Counted from the first letter of the stretch, positions 8,470-18,625 are shown. The stretch is DNA of 64,000 bases from Roseibacillus sp. (GCA_965242925.1 CBDEUM010000009.1:1-64000); one strand, 5' to 3'. A program made the numbers and translations. The notes: generated by a model from the sequence alone, not told the origin.

Positions 8470-11261
8470 GACACGGCCCCCGACAATACTTCCTCGCAGC
8501 GCCCGCACAACCCCGTCCCGTCTTCTTCCACGGACTGCCCCGCGGCCGGCGGCTCGTAACGGCGACAGCGGGGACACATGGGATGATCCGTCCTGGACGC
8601 ACTGGCAGAGACCCCCTCGCCCTCTGCCAGTTTCAGGTCGGAGAGAATGAAGAACTCGGTAGCGAACTCGCGGTCGCCGAGGAGTCCGCACAACCCGTGC
8701 CCGGCGGGCAGTGCCAGTTCAACTGCCGCCTCGTTGTTCTTGTTGAAAACCTTGGCCTGTACCTGGGATTCGATGGCATTCTGGATCACCTCCCGCAATT
8801 CCAGGAGCTGGTTCACCTCCGTGGTCGCCTCTTTCCCCGAGAAGCGCTCGTCAGGGACGGGAAAGTCCTGTTCGTGCACGCTGCCCTCGCGTCCCGCGTG
8901 CTCCCAGGCCTCCTCCGCGGTAAAAACCAGGATGGGAGCAAGGAGCCTGGCCAGCGCGTCGACCACGTTGTTCATGGCAGTCTGGCTCGCCCGTCGACGC
9001 AAAGAGTCTCCCGCATCGCAGTAGAGTCGGTCCTTGGTGAGATCAATGTAGATGGCGCTGAGATCCCGCGCGCAGAACTGGTTGATAACAGTGAAGACCT
9101 TGCGGAATTCGTAGGCGTCGTAGGCTCGGCGGCACTCACTCACGACTTCGTGCAGACACTCGAGAATCCAACGGTCCACCAGGGTCATCTCCTCCGGGAC
9201 GACCGCATCGCTGGATGCATTGAAGCCATGCAGGTTCCCCATCAGGATGCGCAGAGTGTTACGGATTCGCCGGTAGGGCTCTGCCACCTGCTTGAAAAGA
9301 TCTTCGCCAAAGGGCACTTCGTTCTGCCAGTCCACGCTGCTCACCCAGAGACGCAGGATGTCAGCACCGTACTTGTTGTAATAGTGAGCCGCATCGATGG
9401 GCTTGCCCGCCTTTTCCGCCTCGCTCTTGGAGAGCTTGCCCTTCTTGTCCTGATCAACCACGAACCCATGCGTCATCACCGTCTTGTAGGGAGCGCTTCC
9501 GCGATAGGCCACACTCAGCATGAGCGAGCTCTGGAACCATCCGCGATGCTGGTCGGTGGCTTCGAGATAGAGGTCTGCCGGGCTCTGCAATTCCTCATGA
9601 CGATCCATCACCGCCACATGGCTGCTGCCGGAATCGATCCAGACGTCCAGGGTGTCCCTGCACTTGTGCGTACCCTCGGGCAGGCCCAGGCGCGCCACCA
9701 ACTCCGCTTCCTCCAGTTCGAACCAGATGTTGGTTCCCTCGCGCTCCACCAGGTCGGCCACCTTGCGGACCAGCTCCGCGTCCAGGAGGACTTCTCCCCC
9801 AGGCGTGAAGAAGACCGGCAGGGGCACGCCCCAGGTGCGCTGGCGACTGATGCACCAGTCCGGCCGCGACTCCACCGTGCCACGAATCCTGTTACGCCCC
9901 CAGTGGGGGAGCCACTCGGTCTTGTCAATCTCCTCCAGGGCGATCTCCCTCAACCCCTCCAGCGAAATGAAAAACTGCTCCACCGCCCGGAAAATAATGG
10001 GGGTCTTGGAGCGCCAGCAATGCGGGTACTCGTGCTGATAATCCTCCCGCCCAAGGAGGACTCCCAGACTGGACAGCATCGAGATGATCTCCTCATTGCT
10101 CGCGAACACGTGACGGCCCACCAGTTCCGCCACACCGACCTCCTCGGTAAACTTTCCGTCGTTATCTACCGGCGAGAGCACCTCGAGGCCGTGCTCACGG
10201 CCCGCCACGTAGTCGTCCGCGCCGTGACCCGGGGCAATGTGTACCATTCCCGTTCCCGTTTCAGTCGTGACGAAGGATCCCAGGATGACCTTGCTCAGAC
10301 GGTCCAGGAAGGGATGCTGCACTTCCAGTCCCTCGACCTCTCTTCCCTTGAACTCGACCAGATCCCCGGCTGGCGAAAATCCGGTCTTGCCCGCAAACTC
10401 CTCCACCAGGTCCTTGGCTACAACCAGGTCGTGACCCTCCCCCGCTTCATTCGCGAAGCGTCCGGCCACGTAGAGGAAGTCCTTGTGCAGGGCCACTCCC
10501 ACGTTGGCGGGAAGCGTCCATGGAGTGGTGGTCCAGATGACCAGGCTGTAGGGACCTTTTCCGGCCGCCGCAGTCACCTCGCGAAACTTTGCTTCCGAAC
10601 CGTCCGTAAAGGCAAACCGCACCCAGATCGCCGGGCTCGTCTTCTCCTTGTATTCCACCTCTGCCTCCGCCAGGGCGGTATGCGCTCCGTAGGACCACTG
10701 CACCGGCTTCTTGCTCTGGTAGACCGTCCCCTTCTCGACCAGGGTGGCGAAAACCCGGATGATCTCGGCCTCGTAACCCGGATCAAGAGTAAGGTAGGGA
10801 TTCTCCCAGTCGCCAAAGACGCCCAGTCGGCGGAAACTTTCGCGCTGGATGTCAATCCACTCGCGCGCAAACTTTTCGCAGCGACGCCGGATCTCGGCCG
10901 GTTCCTCATCCCGCGCCTCCTGGACGACCTTGAACTCGATGGGAAGCCCGTGGCAGTCCCAACCGGGAACAAAGGGCACCTCGCAACCCGCCATGGTGCG
11001 CGACTTCACCACCAGATCCTTGAGCACCTTGTTGAGCGCCGTCCCCATGTGAACGTCGCCATTCGCAAAGGGGGGACCGTCATGCAGGATGAATCTGGGT
11101 GCTCCTTCCGCCCGGCGGCGGGCCACAATTTTCCTGTAGAGGCCGTCTTCCTCCCACTGTGCAAGGCGCGTGGGCTCGTTCTTCACGAGATCGCCCCGCA
11201 TCGGAAAACTCGTCTGCGGCAGTGACAACGTGTCCTTGTAGCCCTTTTCCTGAGCGCTCAT
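8466..11261 (-). CDS. ileS: Isoleucine--tRNA ligase (type 1)
   Basis: LHDGPPFANG-HMGT, GWDCHGLPIE, WTTTPWTLP, DWCISRQRTWG, KLSKS, C-terminal CPRC...CGRC zinc finger. Confidence 0.97.
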   Translation of the reverse strand: MSAQEKGYKDTLSLPQTSFPMRGDLVKNEPTRLAQWEEDGLYRKIVARRRAEGAPRFILHDGPPFANGDVHMGTALNKVLKDLVVKSRTMAGCEVPFVPGWDCHGLPIEFKVVQEARDEEPAEIRRRCEKFAREWIDIQRESFRRLGVFGDWENPYLTLDPGYEAEIIRVFATLVEKGTVYQSKKPVQWSYGAHTALAEAEVEYKEKTSPAIWVRFAFTDGSEAKFREVTAAAGKGPYSLVIWTTTPWTLPANVGVALHKDFLYVAGRFANEAGEGHDLVVAKDLVEEFAGKTGFSPAGDLVEFKGREVEGLEVQHPFLDRLSKVILGSFVTTETGTGMVHIAPGHGADDYVAGREHGLEVLSPVDNDGKFTEEVGVAELVGRHVFASNEEIISMLSSLGVLLGREDYQHEYPHCWRSKTPIIFRAVEQFFISLEGLREIALEEIDKTEWLPHWGRNRIRGTVESRPDWCISRQRTWGVPLPVFFTPGGEVLLDAELVRKVADLVEREGTNIWFELEEAELVARLGLPEGTHKCRDTLDVWIDSGSSHVAVMDRHEELQSPADLYLEATDQHRGWFQSSLMLSVAYRGSAPYKTVMTHGFVVDQDKKGKLSKSEAEKAGKPIDAAHYYNKYGADILRLWVSSVDWQNEVPFGEDLFKQVAEPYRRIRNTLRILMGNLHGFNASSDAVVPEEMTLVDRWILECLHEVVSECRRAYDAYEFRKVFTVINQFCARDLSAIYIDLTKDRLYCDAGDSLRRRASQTAMNNVVDALARLLAPILVFTAEEAWEHAGREGSVHEQDFPVPDERFSGKEATTEVNQLLELREVIQNAIESQVQAKVFNKNNEAAVELALPAGHGLCGLLGDREFATEFFILSDLKLAEGEGVSASASRTDHPMCPRCRRYEPPAAGQSVEEDGTGLCGRCEEVLSGAVS

Positions 11262-11373
11262 CGACCTTCCTGTAGCGGTGCACCCCCATCGCCGCAAGCC
11301 CTGCGTTCCCCTTGATTACAGGGATTACCGCTGGGTTTTTGACTTTTCCACGGGGATGGAGCAAGCTTCCGCC

Positions 11374-12135
11374 ATGAACATGATCACGGCGCTCCTCGGG
11401 GCCACCGGCCTGCTCCTTGTGGTGGCGGTCGTCCTGTCCGTCATGAAGATGAGCAATGCCAGCGAAGAAGCTGAGCTCAAGGAGCTGCGGGCCGAACTGG
11501 CCGCCCTGAATGACCAGCAGAGTCGGCTCAACCCTCCTGCTCCGGCCCCCCCGCTTGATCCCGGCCCCACTGCATCCGCGCCGATCACCCCGATTCCTGC
11601 CCCAATTTCCCCTCCCTCCCCGAATCCCGGCAATGGGGTGGCAGTCCCGCCCGCAGCGCCCACCCTCCCCTCCCCGGTGAGCGAGGTTCCGGCTCCCGGG
11701 GAAGGGGTAGTAACCCGCACCCAGCTCGAGGCTGAGCTGGCCAAGGCCGAACGCGAAAACGAACTCCTCAAGGAAGAGGCCAATCAGGGCCTGATCTCGA
11801 AGCCCATGATCGAGGCGGCCAAGAAGCAGAAGGCCCGGGCCTCAACGGTCCGGCAGGCCTGGCTTCAAGCCAAGGTGGTCGAATGGGTGGACAAGCAACC
11901 GGACCAGCAGGCGGGCGGCTTCGCCATCATCGAACTCCACCGGGAGATCCAGCCGGGCACCATCCTCGCCATCCGCCGACAAGCGGGAATCTACGGGCAG
12001 CTCAAGGTCGCTCACATCTTCGAGCCCGAAAAAACCAAGGCCTCTGCCAACCCCGTAAGAGGCACCTTCCCTGATGGGGCCCCCCCGGTCATCAAACCCG
12101 GAGACGAACTGATCCTGCCCCCATTCGGGAACTAG
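11374..12135 (+). CDS. Hypothetical membrane-anchored protein with coiled coil and Pro-rich linker
   Basis: N-terminal hydrophobic helix, EEAELKELRAELAAL coiled coil, PAP-rich segment and a globular C-terminus. Divergent from ileS. Confidence 0.7.
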   Translation: MNMITALLGATGLLLVVAVVLSVMKMSNASEEAELKELRAELAALNDQQSRLNPPAPAPPLDPGPTASAPITPIPAPISPPSPNPGNGVAVPPAAPTLPSPVSEVPAPGEGVVTRTQLEAELAKAERENELLKEEANQGLISKPMIEAAKKQKARASTVRQAWLQAKVVEWVDKQPDQQAGGFAIIELHREIQPGTILAIRRQAGIYGQLKVAHIFEPEKTKASANPVRGTFPDGAPPVIKPGDELILPPFGN

Positions 12136-12183
12136 GCAGCCGGGTGGAAGGTTCCCGGTTCATGCCGTGGGGCCAGAGCCAGC

Positions 12184-13494
12184 TCAGACCTTTGCCTCCC
12201 CCAGCCAGCGAAGAAAGGCCTCCTCGTCCGGAGGCATCTTAACCGCCACCTTTTCACGATCGGCCAGGCAGGCCAGGCGCTCCGGAATCTCAACTGCTCC
12301 CTCGCCCAGTTCCTCCTCCATCACATCCAGGAACTTGGCGGGATGAGCCGTCTCCAGCACGATCATCTCATCCCCGGGGTGATCCGCCCGCCACGCTCCC
12401 GCGGCAAGGCAGCCAACCGCGCCGTGAGGTTCGATCACATAGCCGGTGCTGGCCTTGACCTCCCGGATGGCTGCCCGCGTCTGCTCGTCGTCGAAGCGGC
12501 AGCCCACGATCCGATCCGCCATCAGGCCGTGCTCATGACGACAAAGATCCAGGAGACGGACAAAGTTGCTTGGCGCACCCACATCCATCGCGTTGGAGAT
12601 GGTCGGCTGACTGGGTCGTGGCTCATAACTCCCGCTCTCCAGGTAGGCGGGAACCACGTCGTTCACGTTGGTGGCCGCAATGAACTGGCTCACCGGTAAC
12701 CCCATCAGGTTCGCAAGGAGCCCTGCAGTAAGGTTCCCGAAGTTCCCGCTGGGCACCACGAAGACGGGCTCGGCGCCCTCCGGAAGCTGCCGGGCGGCAT
12801 GAAAATAGTAGAAGGCCTGTGGGATGAGCCGTGCGATGTTGATCGAGTTGGCGGAAGTCAGGTTCCGCTCCTCCGCCAATTCGCAATGGAGAAAGGCCGC
12901 CTTCACCAGGCGCTGGCAATCATCGAATGTTCCTGCCACTTCGAGCGCGGTGATGTTGTCCCCCAGGGTGGTGAGCTGCTTCTCCTGCAGGTCGCTCACC
13001 TTGCCACTGGGATAGAGCACCACCACCTTCGTTCCCGGCACGCCATGAAAGGCGCTCGCCACCGCTCCCCCGGTATCCCCCGAGGTGGCTACCAGCACGA
13101 TGAGATCCCGTTCATCATCGCGCGTGAGCCAGGCCATCAGGCGCGCCATGAATCGTGCTCCGAAGTCCTTGAAGGCGAGGGAGGGCCCATGAAAGAGTTC
13201 GAGAACGTGCATCTTCTCCGCGATCGTCACCAGCGGCGCATCAAAATTGACCGCATCCGTCACCATCCCCCGCAGGGGTTTCTCCGGCACCGCTCCTGCA
13301 AAGATTGACGAGACAATCCGGTAGCCCAGTTCCGCAAAGGACCACCCACGCCAGTGAGCCCAGAACGCTTCGTCCATCACCGGCACGCTCCTCGGCATGT
13401 AAAGCCCGTTGTCGGCAGGCAACGAGCGCAGCACCGCCTCCCGGAGATCGACGGATTCATCCGTCGAACTGGTGCTGTAGAATCGCTGCGCCAC
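12184..13494 (-). CDS. thrC: Threonine synthase
   Basis: LELFHGPSLAFKDFGARF, ATSGDTG, NSINIAR, VPSGNFGN, TAHPAKF. Confidence 0.96.
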   Translation of the reverse strand: MAQRFYSTSSTDESVDLREAVLRSLPADNGLYMPRSVPVMDEAFWAHWRGWSFAELGYRIVSSIFAGAVPEKPLRGMVTDAVNFDAPLVTIAEKMHVLELFHGPSLAFKDFGARFMARLMAWLTRDDERDLIVLVATSGDTGGAVASAFHGVPGTKVVVLYPSGKVSDLQEKQLTTLGDNITALEVAGTFDDCQRLVKAAFLHCELAEERNLTSANSINIARLIPQAFYYFHAARQLPEGAEPVFVVPSGNFGNLTAGLLANLMGLPVSQFIAATNVNDVVPAYLESGSYEPRPSQPTISNAMDVGAPSNFVRLLDLCRHEHGLMADRIVGCRFDDEQTRAAIREVKASTGYVIEPHGAVGCLAAGAWRADHPGDEMIVLETAHPAKFLDVMEEELGEGAVEIPERLACLADREKVAVKMPPDEEAFLRWLGEAKV

Positions 13495-13570
13495 GAGGGA
13501 AGTTCTCGGTTGTCAGGTGCCGGTTGTCAGTCCCGAATTCGAGCTTCCGCTCACTCTCCCCTGCTCCCCG

Positions 13571-14518
13571 CTACGCAACCACATGCACTCCGTGCGGGTT
13601 GACCATCGACACGTAAACCTGATTCTCAATGGGCACCTCGCTGAATACCCGCGCGATCTCGCCGCCCACGCGCCTGGCCGTTTCCTCTCCTTCACAAAGG
13701 GCAAAAACGCTCGGTCCCGCCCCCGAGATGCTGAATCCCAGAGCGCCCGCAGCCATGGCATCGCGTTTGGCCCGGTAAAATTCGGGAATGAGTTTCTGCC
13801 GACGCGGCTCCGCAATGACATCATGGATGGAGCGGCTGATCAGTTCGTAGTCTTCCTGGATCAATCCACACAACAATCCCCCCAGGTTGCCTACCTGCTG
13901 GGTCACATTATCGAGAGGCACCTCCCGGGGCAGAATCTCCCGGGCAACCTTGGTCAGAATCTCGATGTCGGGATGGACAACCGCAGCCCAGAGATTCTCC
14001 GGCACGGGCAACTGTGCGAGATCGAGTTCCTGATTGGACCGAATGAAGACAATCCCACCCAACAGGCACGGGCCCACATTGTCAGCGTGCCAGGCGCCGT
14101 CCGCACTCGACTCTCCTGCCATGGCAAAAGGCAGGAGCTGTTTCTTGGTCAGGGGTTCCCCGATCAGCTTGTTCACCGCGTAGGCTCCGGCCACTGCGCT
14201 GGCCGCGCTCGAACCCAGTCCACTGCCGAAGGGCATCTTCTTGTGAATCTCCAATTCGACCCCGCGGTCAAGCATCCCGAGGTGACGGAGAAGATCCAGC
14301 GCCGCCACACCCGCGGTATTCTCGGAAACCTCCGTGGGCAGCTTCCCGTTGTCTCCGGTGATCTCAACAATGCGCAACCCCGGCTCCGGAGAATGCCGGG
14401 CCACAATCTCGTCACCCGGAGCTTCAATGGCGAAGCCCAGCACATCATAGCCACAGGCCACGTTCGCCACCGAGGCGGGGGCAAAGACACGCACTTCCTT
14501 GAGCTCTTCCTGGACCAT
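13571..14518 (-). CDS. thrB: Homoserine kinase
   Basis: APASVANVACGYDVLG, PFGSGLGSSAAS (GHMP), HADNV, ISGAGPS. Upstream of thrC. Confidence 0.95.
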   Translation of the reverse strand: MVQEELKEVRVFAPASVANVACGYDVLGFAIEAPGDEIVARHSPEPGLRIVEITGDNGKLPTEVSENTAGVAALDLLRHLGMLDRGVELEIHKKMPFGSGLGSSAASAVAGAYAVNKLIGEPLTKKQLLPFAMAGESSADGAWHADNVGPCLLGGIVFIRSNQELDLAQLPVPENLWAAVVHPDIEILTKVAREILPREVPLDNVTQQVGNLGGLLCGLIQEDYELISRSIHDVIAEPRRQKLIPEFYRAKRDAMAAGALGFSISGAGPSVFALCEGEETARRVGGEIARVFSEVPIENQVYVSMVNPHGVHVVA

Positions 14519-14627
14519 GATTCGTGGGAGGGGCGACGCTCCTAACAGCTTTCTCCTTCCCAGACCAGTGATTTGTAGCCTCTACCCGGCTTGGGCTGAA
14601 AGGCCGCATGCCCAGGCCGTCCTCCAG

Positions 14628-15137
14628 CTAAAGAAACGGCACCAGGGGAATTCCCCTGCTCTGCTTTCGCTTGTACCGCCCGTCCCCTACGCTGAGACAT
14701 TCAACCCGCACCCGGGCCAGACCCCTGCCCTTGAAGCCGAGCTTGCTCGCGGCGCGGGGAGTGACGTCGATGATACGCCCTGTTATGAATGGCCCACGAT
14801 CATTGAGGCGCATCTTGATCGATTTACCATTGGCAAGGTTGGTCACTTTCACCTGACACGGTAACGGCAGCGTCTTGTGGGCACCACTCACGGCAAAGCG
14901 CCCCACCTTCTCCCCGAGGGAGGTTCTCCCCCTCTTGAAGCCCAGAAAGCTGCTCTCATCATACCATGAGGCTATTCCGGTTTCCTCATAACGCAGCGCC
15001 TGCTCCACACTCATGGGATGATAACGCACCCCCTTGATCGTATAGGACCGCGTCATGTAGCCCCTGTAGGCACCTCCCCCGCAGGAGGTCAGCAGAACGG
15101 ACCCCAGCACCGATACAAGAAACCAGTATTTCCCCAT
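14628..15137 (-). CDS. rlpA: Septal ring lytic transglycosylase RlpA-family lipoprotein
   Basis: Lipobox LTSC; GIASWY, AHKTLPLP, VTNLANG, NDRGPF, RIIDV. Confidence 0.9.
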   Translation of the reverse strand: MGKYWFLVSVLGSVLLTSCGGGAYRGYMTRSYTIKGVRYHPMSVEQALRYEETGIASWYDESSFLGFKRGRTSLGEKVGRFAVSGAHKTLPLPCQVKVTNLANGKSIKMRLNDRGPFITGRIIDVTPRAASKLGFKGRGLARVRVECLSVGDGRYKRKQSRGIPLVPFL

Positions 15138-15187
15138 GTCCTCATCCTGACAGAACACGCGCAGCCTGACAATGCTCCCCGCTTTCG

Positions 15188-15376
15188 GATCGGAGAGGGG
15201 GATCAGGGTGCCCCTGCCGATAATTCCGCCCTCACCGGCCCCCTTGGCTGAAGTCGAACCTACGCTCGACCCTGTAAGCCTGTATGGGGTCCACGCAGAA
15301 GAATCAACCCTGACAAGGGTGTCGGCCCATCCAGCTCGATCACAGCGAACCCACCGTCCAGCGGTCTCTCTGGATC
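15188..15376 (-). ncRNA. ssrS: Probable 6S RNA
   Basis: A ~189-nt intergenic rod on the minus strand. The ends pair (gatc..agagag / ctct..gatc), ggtg pairs with cacc, ggcc-gaca-cccttg pairs with caaggg-ggcc, and an unpaired central bubble precedes an apical stem (ctgcgt-ggaccc / gggtc-gagcgtag). Size and architecture match 6S. Folded by eye. Confidence 0.6.
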
Positions 15377-15410
15377 TCTTTCCACGGAGTAATCCGGGCG
15401 AAAAAGCCGA

Positions 15411-15743
15411 TCAATCAGCCTGATCCACCTGTCCCTGCTGCTGGATGACGGGAAGAATCCGAGCCACCTTCTCCTTCATCTCCTTGCCAGGCTTGAACTT
15501 CACCACCGCGCGGGGCGGGATGGGGACATCCTGCCCCGGGTTCTTCGGGTTGCGGCCCACCTTCGCCTTGGTCTGACGGACTTCAAAGGTCCCAAAATTA
15601 CGCATCACCACTGTATTCCCCTGGGCCAGCTCCAATGTGACGGCGTCCAGAGTCTTCTGGACGACGTCGAAAACCTGCTGCTGGGTCAATCCCGTTTCAT
15701 TGCTGATCCGGACCACTAAATCTCGTTTCGTAATCGTCGACAT
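15411..15743 (-). CDS. HU/IHF-family DNA-binding protein
   Basis: TITKRDLV, NFGTFEV, GRNPK, VVKFKPGKEMK. Confidence 0.93.
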   Translation of the reverse strand: MSTITKRDLVVRISNETGLTQQQVFDVVQKTLDAVTLELAQGNTVVMRNFGTFEVRQTKAKVGRNPKNPGQDVPIPPRAVVKFKPGKEMKEKVARILPVIQQQGQVDQAD

Positions 15744-15817
15744 GGAATAGCTTACGGTTTCTATGGACACCACATCCCGCGCCAATTGTAACGCCAAAAC
15801 GAGTGACAGATTAGGAG

Positions 15818-16741
15818 TCATCCTATCTTGTCACCCGTCAACTGATTTGTCGTCTTAAAGTGCAATTTGGCGACTTTGCACAATTCCTGCGCTCCGTGCC
15901 TTTCGAGGAAAATCCGACCCGCCTCCAGCACAGGTGGACCAGCCCCCAGAGCCAGGGAGATTTTCCACTGTTCAGCCGCTCTCGCCATCCACCCCACAAA
16001 GGCCTCTCGAGCCAGAATGGAAGCGGCGGCGACCGCCACATCACTCTCACCCTTCGTCCGCTGCTGCAGCTCAAGATCCACTCCCTTGCGCTCCAACGCA
16101 CGCTGCAGGACGCGCGGGTTCGCAAATTGATCACTCAGGGCACGCGGACAATCCGGCACTCTTTCCGCCAACTCTTCAATGGCTTTGGCGTGACCCCAGG
16201 CAAGTAACTCATTCAGGTTAGAAAATCGTTCGTAGAGGTCATTGTAGCGTTCCGGGCCAATCAGGACCACGCACTCCACCACGCCACGCGTCTTGCGAAT
16301 TACTCCCGCCAAGGCCCGGATTCGATCACTTGAACTCACCCGCTTGGAGTCCATTACACCCGCCTCAATGAGAGATCGGGTGCTCGCCCCGTCGGTGTAG
16401 ACCCCGGCAATCACGAGGGGGCCAAAGTAGTCCCCCTTGCCGCTCTCATCGATCCCGAAGTGGGGCTGGAACATCTCCGGATTATGAACCTCCTCGTAAC
16501 CAAGCCGCGCCTCCCCCAGGATCTCCGGCTCCAGAGTGAACTTGACGAAATCCTCGGTCTCCTTCCCCTGCACCAGCACCTTGGGGCCCTTCTCATAAAC
16601 CGTGATATTGAGCTTCCCCTTGCGCGCCCCGTAATGGGCATAGGGCTTCTCCAGGAATTCAAAGCCATCACGGTCCAGGATTTCCCGCAACTTTTCCACA
16701 TCCTCCTCCCCGATCTCCTGCGTGTAGGTCGTTAATGCCAC
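15818..16741 (-). CDS. rnhC: Ribonuclease HIII
   Basis: N-terminal TBP-like domain (ITVYEKGPKVLVQG), GIDESGKGDYFGPLV, DSKR, DQF, VAAASILAR, KLHFKT. Start estimated at a GTG. Confidence 0.92.
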   Translation of the reverse strand: MALTTYTQEIGEEDVEKLREILDRDGFEFLEKPYAHYGARKGKLNITVYEKGPKVLVQGKETEDFVKFTLEPEILGEARLGYEEVHNPEMFQPHFGIDESGKGDYFGPLVIAGVYTDGASTRSLIEAGVMDSKRVSSSDRIRALAGVIRKTRGVVECVVLIGPERYNDLYERFSNLNELLAWGHAKAIEELAERVPDCPRALSDQFANPRVLQRALERKGVDLELQQRTKGESDVAVAAASILAREAFVGWMARAAEQWKISLALGAGPPVLEAGRIFLERHGAQELCKVAKLHFKTTNQLTGDKIG

Positions 16742-16777
16742 CACGGGACATTTTCCAGGTTCGACCTCTCTTCTGCA

Positions 16778-17824
16778 ATGCCCGATGTTCTCCCCGTGCC
16801 CAAACCTGTCGCTACCCGACACGCCCTGCGGAACGTCCGGGCCTTCCGCAGTGCACTCCTCCGCTGGTTCGACCAATGTGGCGCAGACTATCCCTGGCGG
16901 CGAACCACCGATCCCTACGCCATCCTGGTCTCCGAGGTCATGCTCCAGCAGACCACCATCGGCGCGGTGATCCAGAATCGCCGCTTCGAGCGCTTTCTCG
17001 AGGAATTCCCTGACCTGAGAGCCCTCGCCGGGGCCTCCGAGAGCGAACTGCTCCGCAGCTGGGAAGGCCTCGGCTACTACAACCGCGTGCGTAATCTGCA
17101 AAAGACCGCCCGCACGATCCTCGAAACCCACGGTGGAGTATTTCCAGTCGACCCCCCGGTTCTGGAATCTCTCCCCGGCATCGGTCGCTACACCGCCGGC
17201 GCAGTGGCCAGCTTCGCCTTTGATCATCCCGCGCCGATTGTGGAAGCCAATATCACCCGCGTCCTGAGCCGCCTCTTCAGTTACAGAGAGCCCATCGATA
17301 CTCCCGGCAGCCGCTCCCAACTCTGGTCCTGGGCAGAAGCCCTGCTCCCCCCCTGCAACGCGCGTGCCTTCAACTCCGCTTTCATGGAACTCGGACAGTC
17401 ACACTGCTCCCCGCGGTCTCCTCATTGCCCGCAGTGTCCGGTCCACGATTTCTGCACCACCCGGGACCCCTCCACCCTTCCCCTCAAAAAGCCCCGGCGC
17501 CCCACCGAGGAAGTTGACGAACATGTTCTCTTCGTGCGCAAGCGCAGCGGTCCCGTCCTCCTCGCCCGGGAAGAGGGCTCCCGCCGCAAGGGCCTGTGGA
17601 AGCTGCCCGAACGGAGTCACGATCAGCTGGCGGATTTCCCTCTCCTTGCCACGAGGAGGTACGACATCACCCACCACAAGGTGACCATGCGCATCTACCG
17701 CTGCTCCCTCTCCCAGCTTCCTCCCGCCTCCCGTGGCACCACCGAGGAATTCCACTGCTCCAAGGCCCTCCGGAACCTGCCTATGCCCTCCCCCTTTCGG
17801 AAGGCCCTCGCCGATCTGCTCTGA
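16778..17824 (+). CDS. mutY: A/G-specific adenine glycosylase
   Basis: PWRR..DPY.ILVSEVMLQQT, WEGLGYYNR, HhH LPGIGRYTAGA, CxxxxPxCxxCPxxxxC Fe-S motif. Confidence 0.93.
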   Translation: MPDVLPVPKPVATRHALRNVRAFRSALLRWFDQCGADYPWRRTTDPYAILVSEVMLQQTTIGAVIQNRRFERFLEEFPDLRALAGASESELLRSWEGLGYYNRVRNLQKTARTILETHGGVFPVDPPVLESLPGIGRYTAGAVASFAFDHPAPIVEANITRVLSRLFSYREPIDTPGSRSQLWSWAEALLPPCNARAFNSAFMELGQSHCSPRSPHCPQCPVHDFCTTRDPSTLPLKKPRRPTEEVDEHVLFVRKRSGPVLLAREEGSRRKGLWKLPERSHDQLADFPLLATRRYDITHHKVTMRIYRCSLSQLPPASRGTTEEFHCSKALRNLPMPSPFRKALADLL

Positions 17825-17890
17825 ACTTCAAGCATCGACCCCGCAACCTGTCCTTTCCCCCGATGTTCTTTCATGTAACACTTCAAGCCC

Positions 17891-18625
17891 ATGAGACTCA
17901 TCAATTCCGTTGCAAGTTGCTCAACCTGCCACCGTCGCAAGTTTCTCCGCAGTGCCCTCGCAGGATCCGCCGCCCTCTTCACCGTGCCCGGTGCCCTGGC
18001 AGAGGCCCTCACCCGTACGCCCCGCGACGCGGAAGGGCCCTTCTATCCCGACAACCTTCCCCTGGATACCGACAATGATCTCCTCATCGTCAACGACAAG
18101 ATCACTCCCGCGGTAGGTGCCGTGAGCTACCTCGGCGGCGTGGTGATGGACACCAAGGGGCAGCCGCTCCGCAATGCCGTCGTCGAGATCTGGCAGGTAG
18201 ACAACCAGGGGATCTACCTCCATTCCAAGGCCAACGGACAGGACAAACGGGACAGAAACTTCCAAAGCTATGGACGCTTTCTCACCGGCTCCAATGGTCA
18301 TTACCACTTCCGCACCATTAAACCCCCTGCCTATCCCGGACGCACGCCTCACATCCATGTTGCAGTCTCGCACAGGAACAAGCGTATCCTCACCACTCAG
18401 ATGTATATCGAGGGGGAAAAGCAGAACGCCAGTGACTTCCTCTACAAGCGGCTCGGCGGCGGTGATCCCAAGCTGCAGAAACTCGTCACTATTCCCTTCA
18501 CCCCGCTCAAGGGATCCAAGGCTGGCGAACTCACCGCCCGACTCGACCTGGTGGTAGGGCTCACTCCGCAGGACCCCGGCAAGACCGAACGGGACGGCCA
18601 ACCGCGCAGGCAGAAACGCCGGTAA
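17891..18625 (+). CDS. Tat-exported intradiol ring-cleavage dioxygenase-like protein
   Basis: RRKFL twin-arginine signal; EGPFYP, VEIWQ, GIYLH, YPGRTPHIH (Tyr/Tyr/His/His iron ligands). Confidence 0.85.
   Translation: MRLINSVASCSTCHRRKFLRSALAGSAALFTVPGALAEALTRTPRDAEGPFYPDNLPLDTDNDLLIVNDKITPAVGAVSYLGGVVMDTKGQPLRNAVVEIWQVDNQGIYLHSKANGQDKRDRNFQSYGRFLTGSNGHYHFRTIKPPAYPGRTPHIHVAVSHRNKRILTTQMYIEGEKQNASDFLYKRLGGGDPKLQKLVTIPFTPLKGSKAGELTARLDLVVGLTPQDPGKTERDGQPRRQKRR

Noticed and set aside
8583..11225. 880-aa plus-strand ORF and other long antisense ORFs (e.g. 6015..6941, 13517..14545, 25817..26968, 43631..45346)
   Set aside because: They shadow well-supported genes on the other strand, show no motifs, and are expected in GC-rich DNA.
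13507..13530. cggttgtcag repeated twice between thrB and thrC
   Set aside because: Too short and only two copies; no function can be supported.
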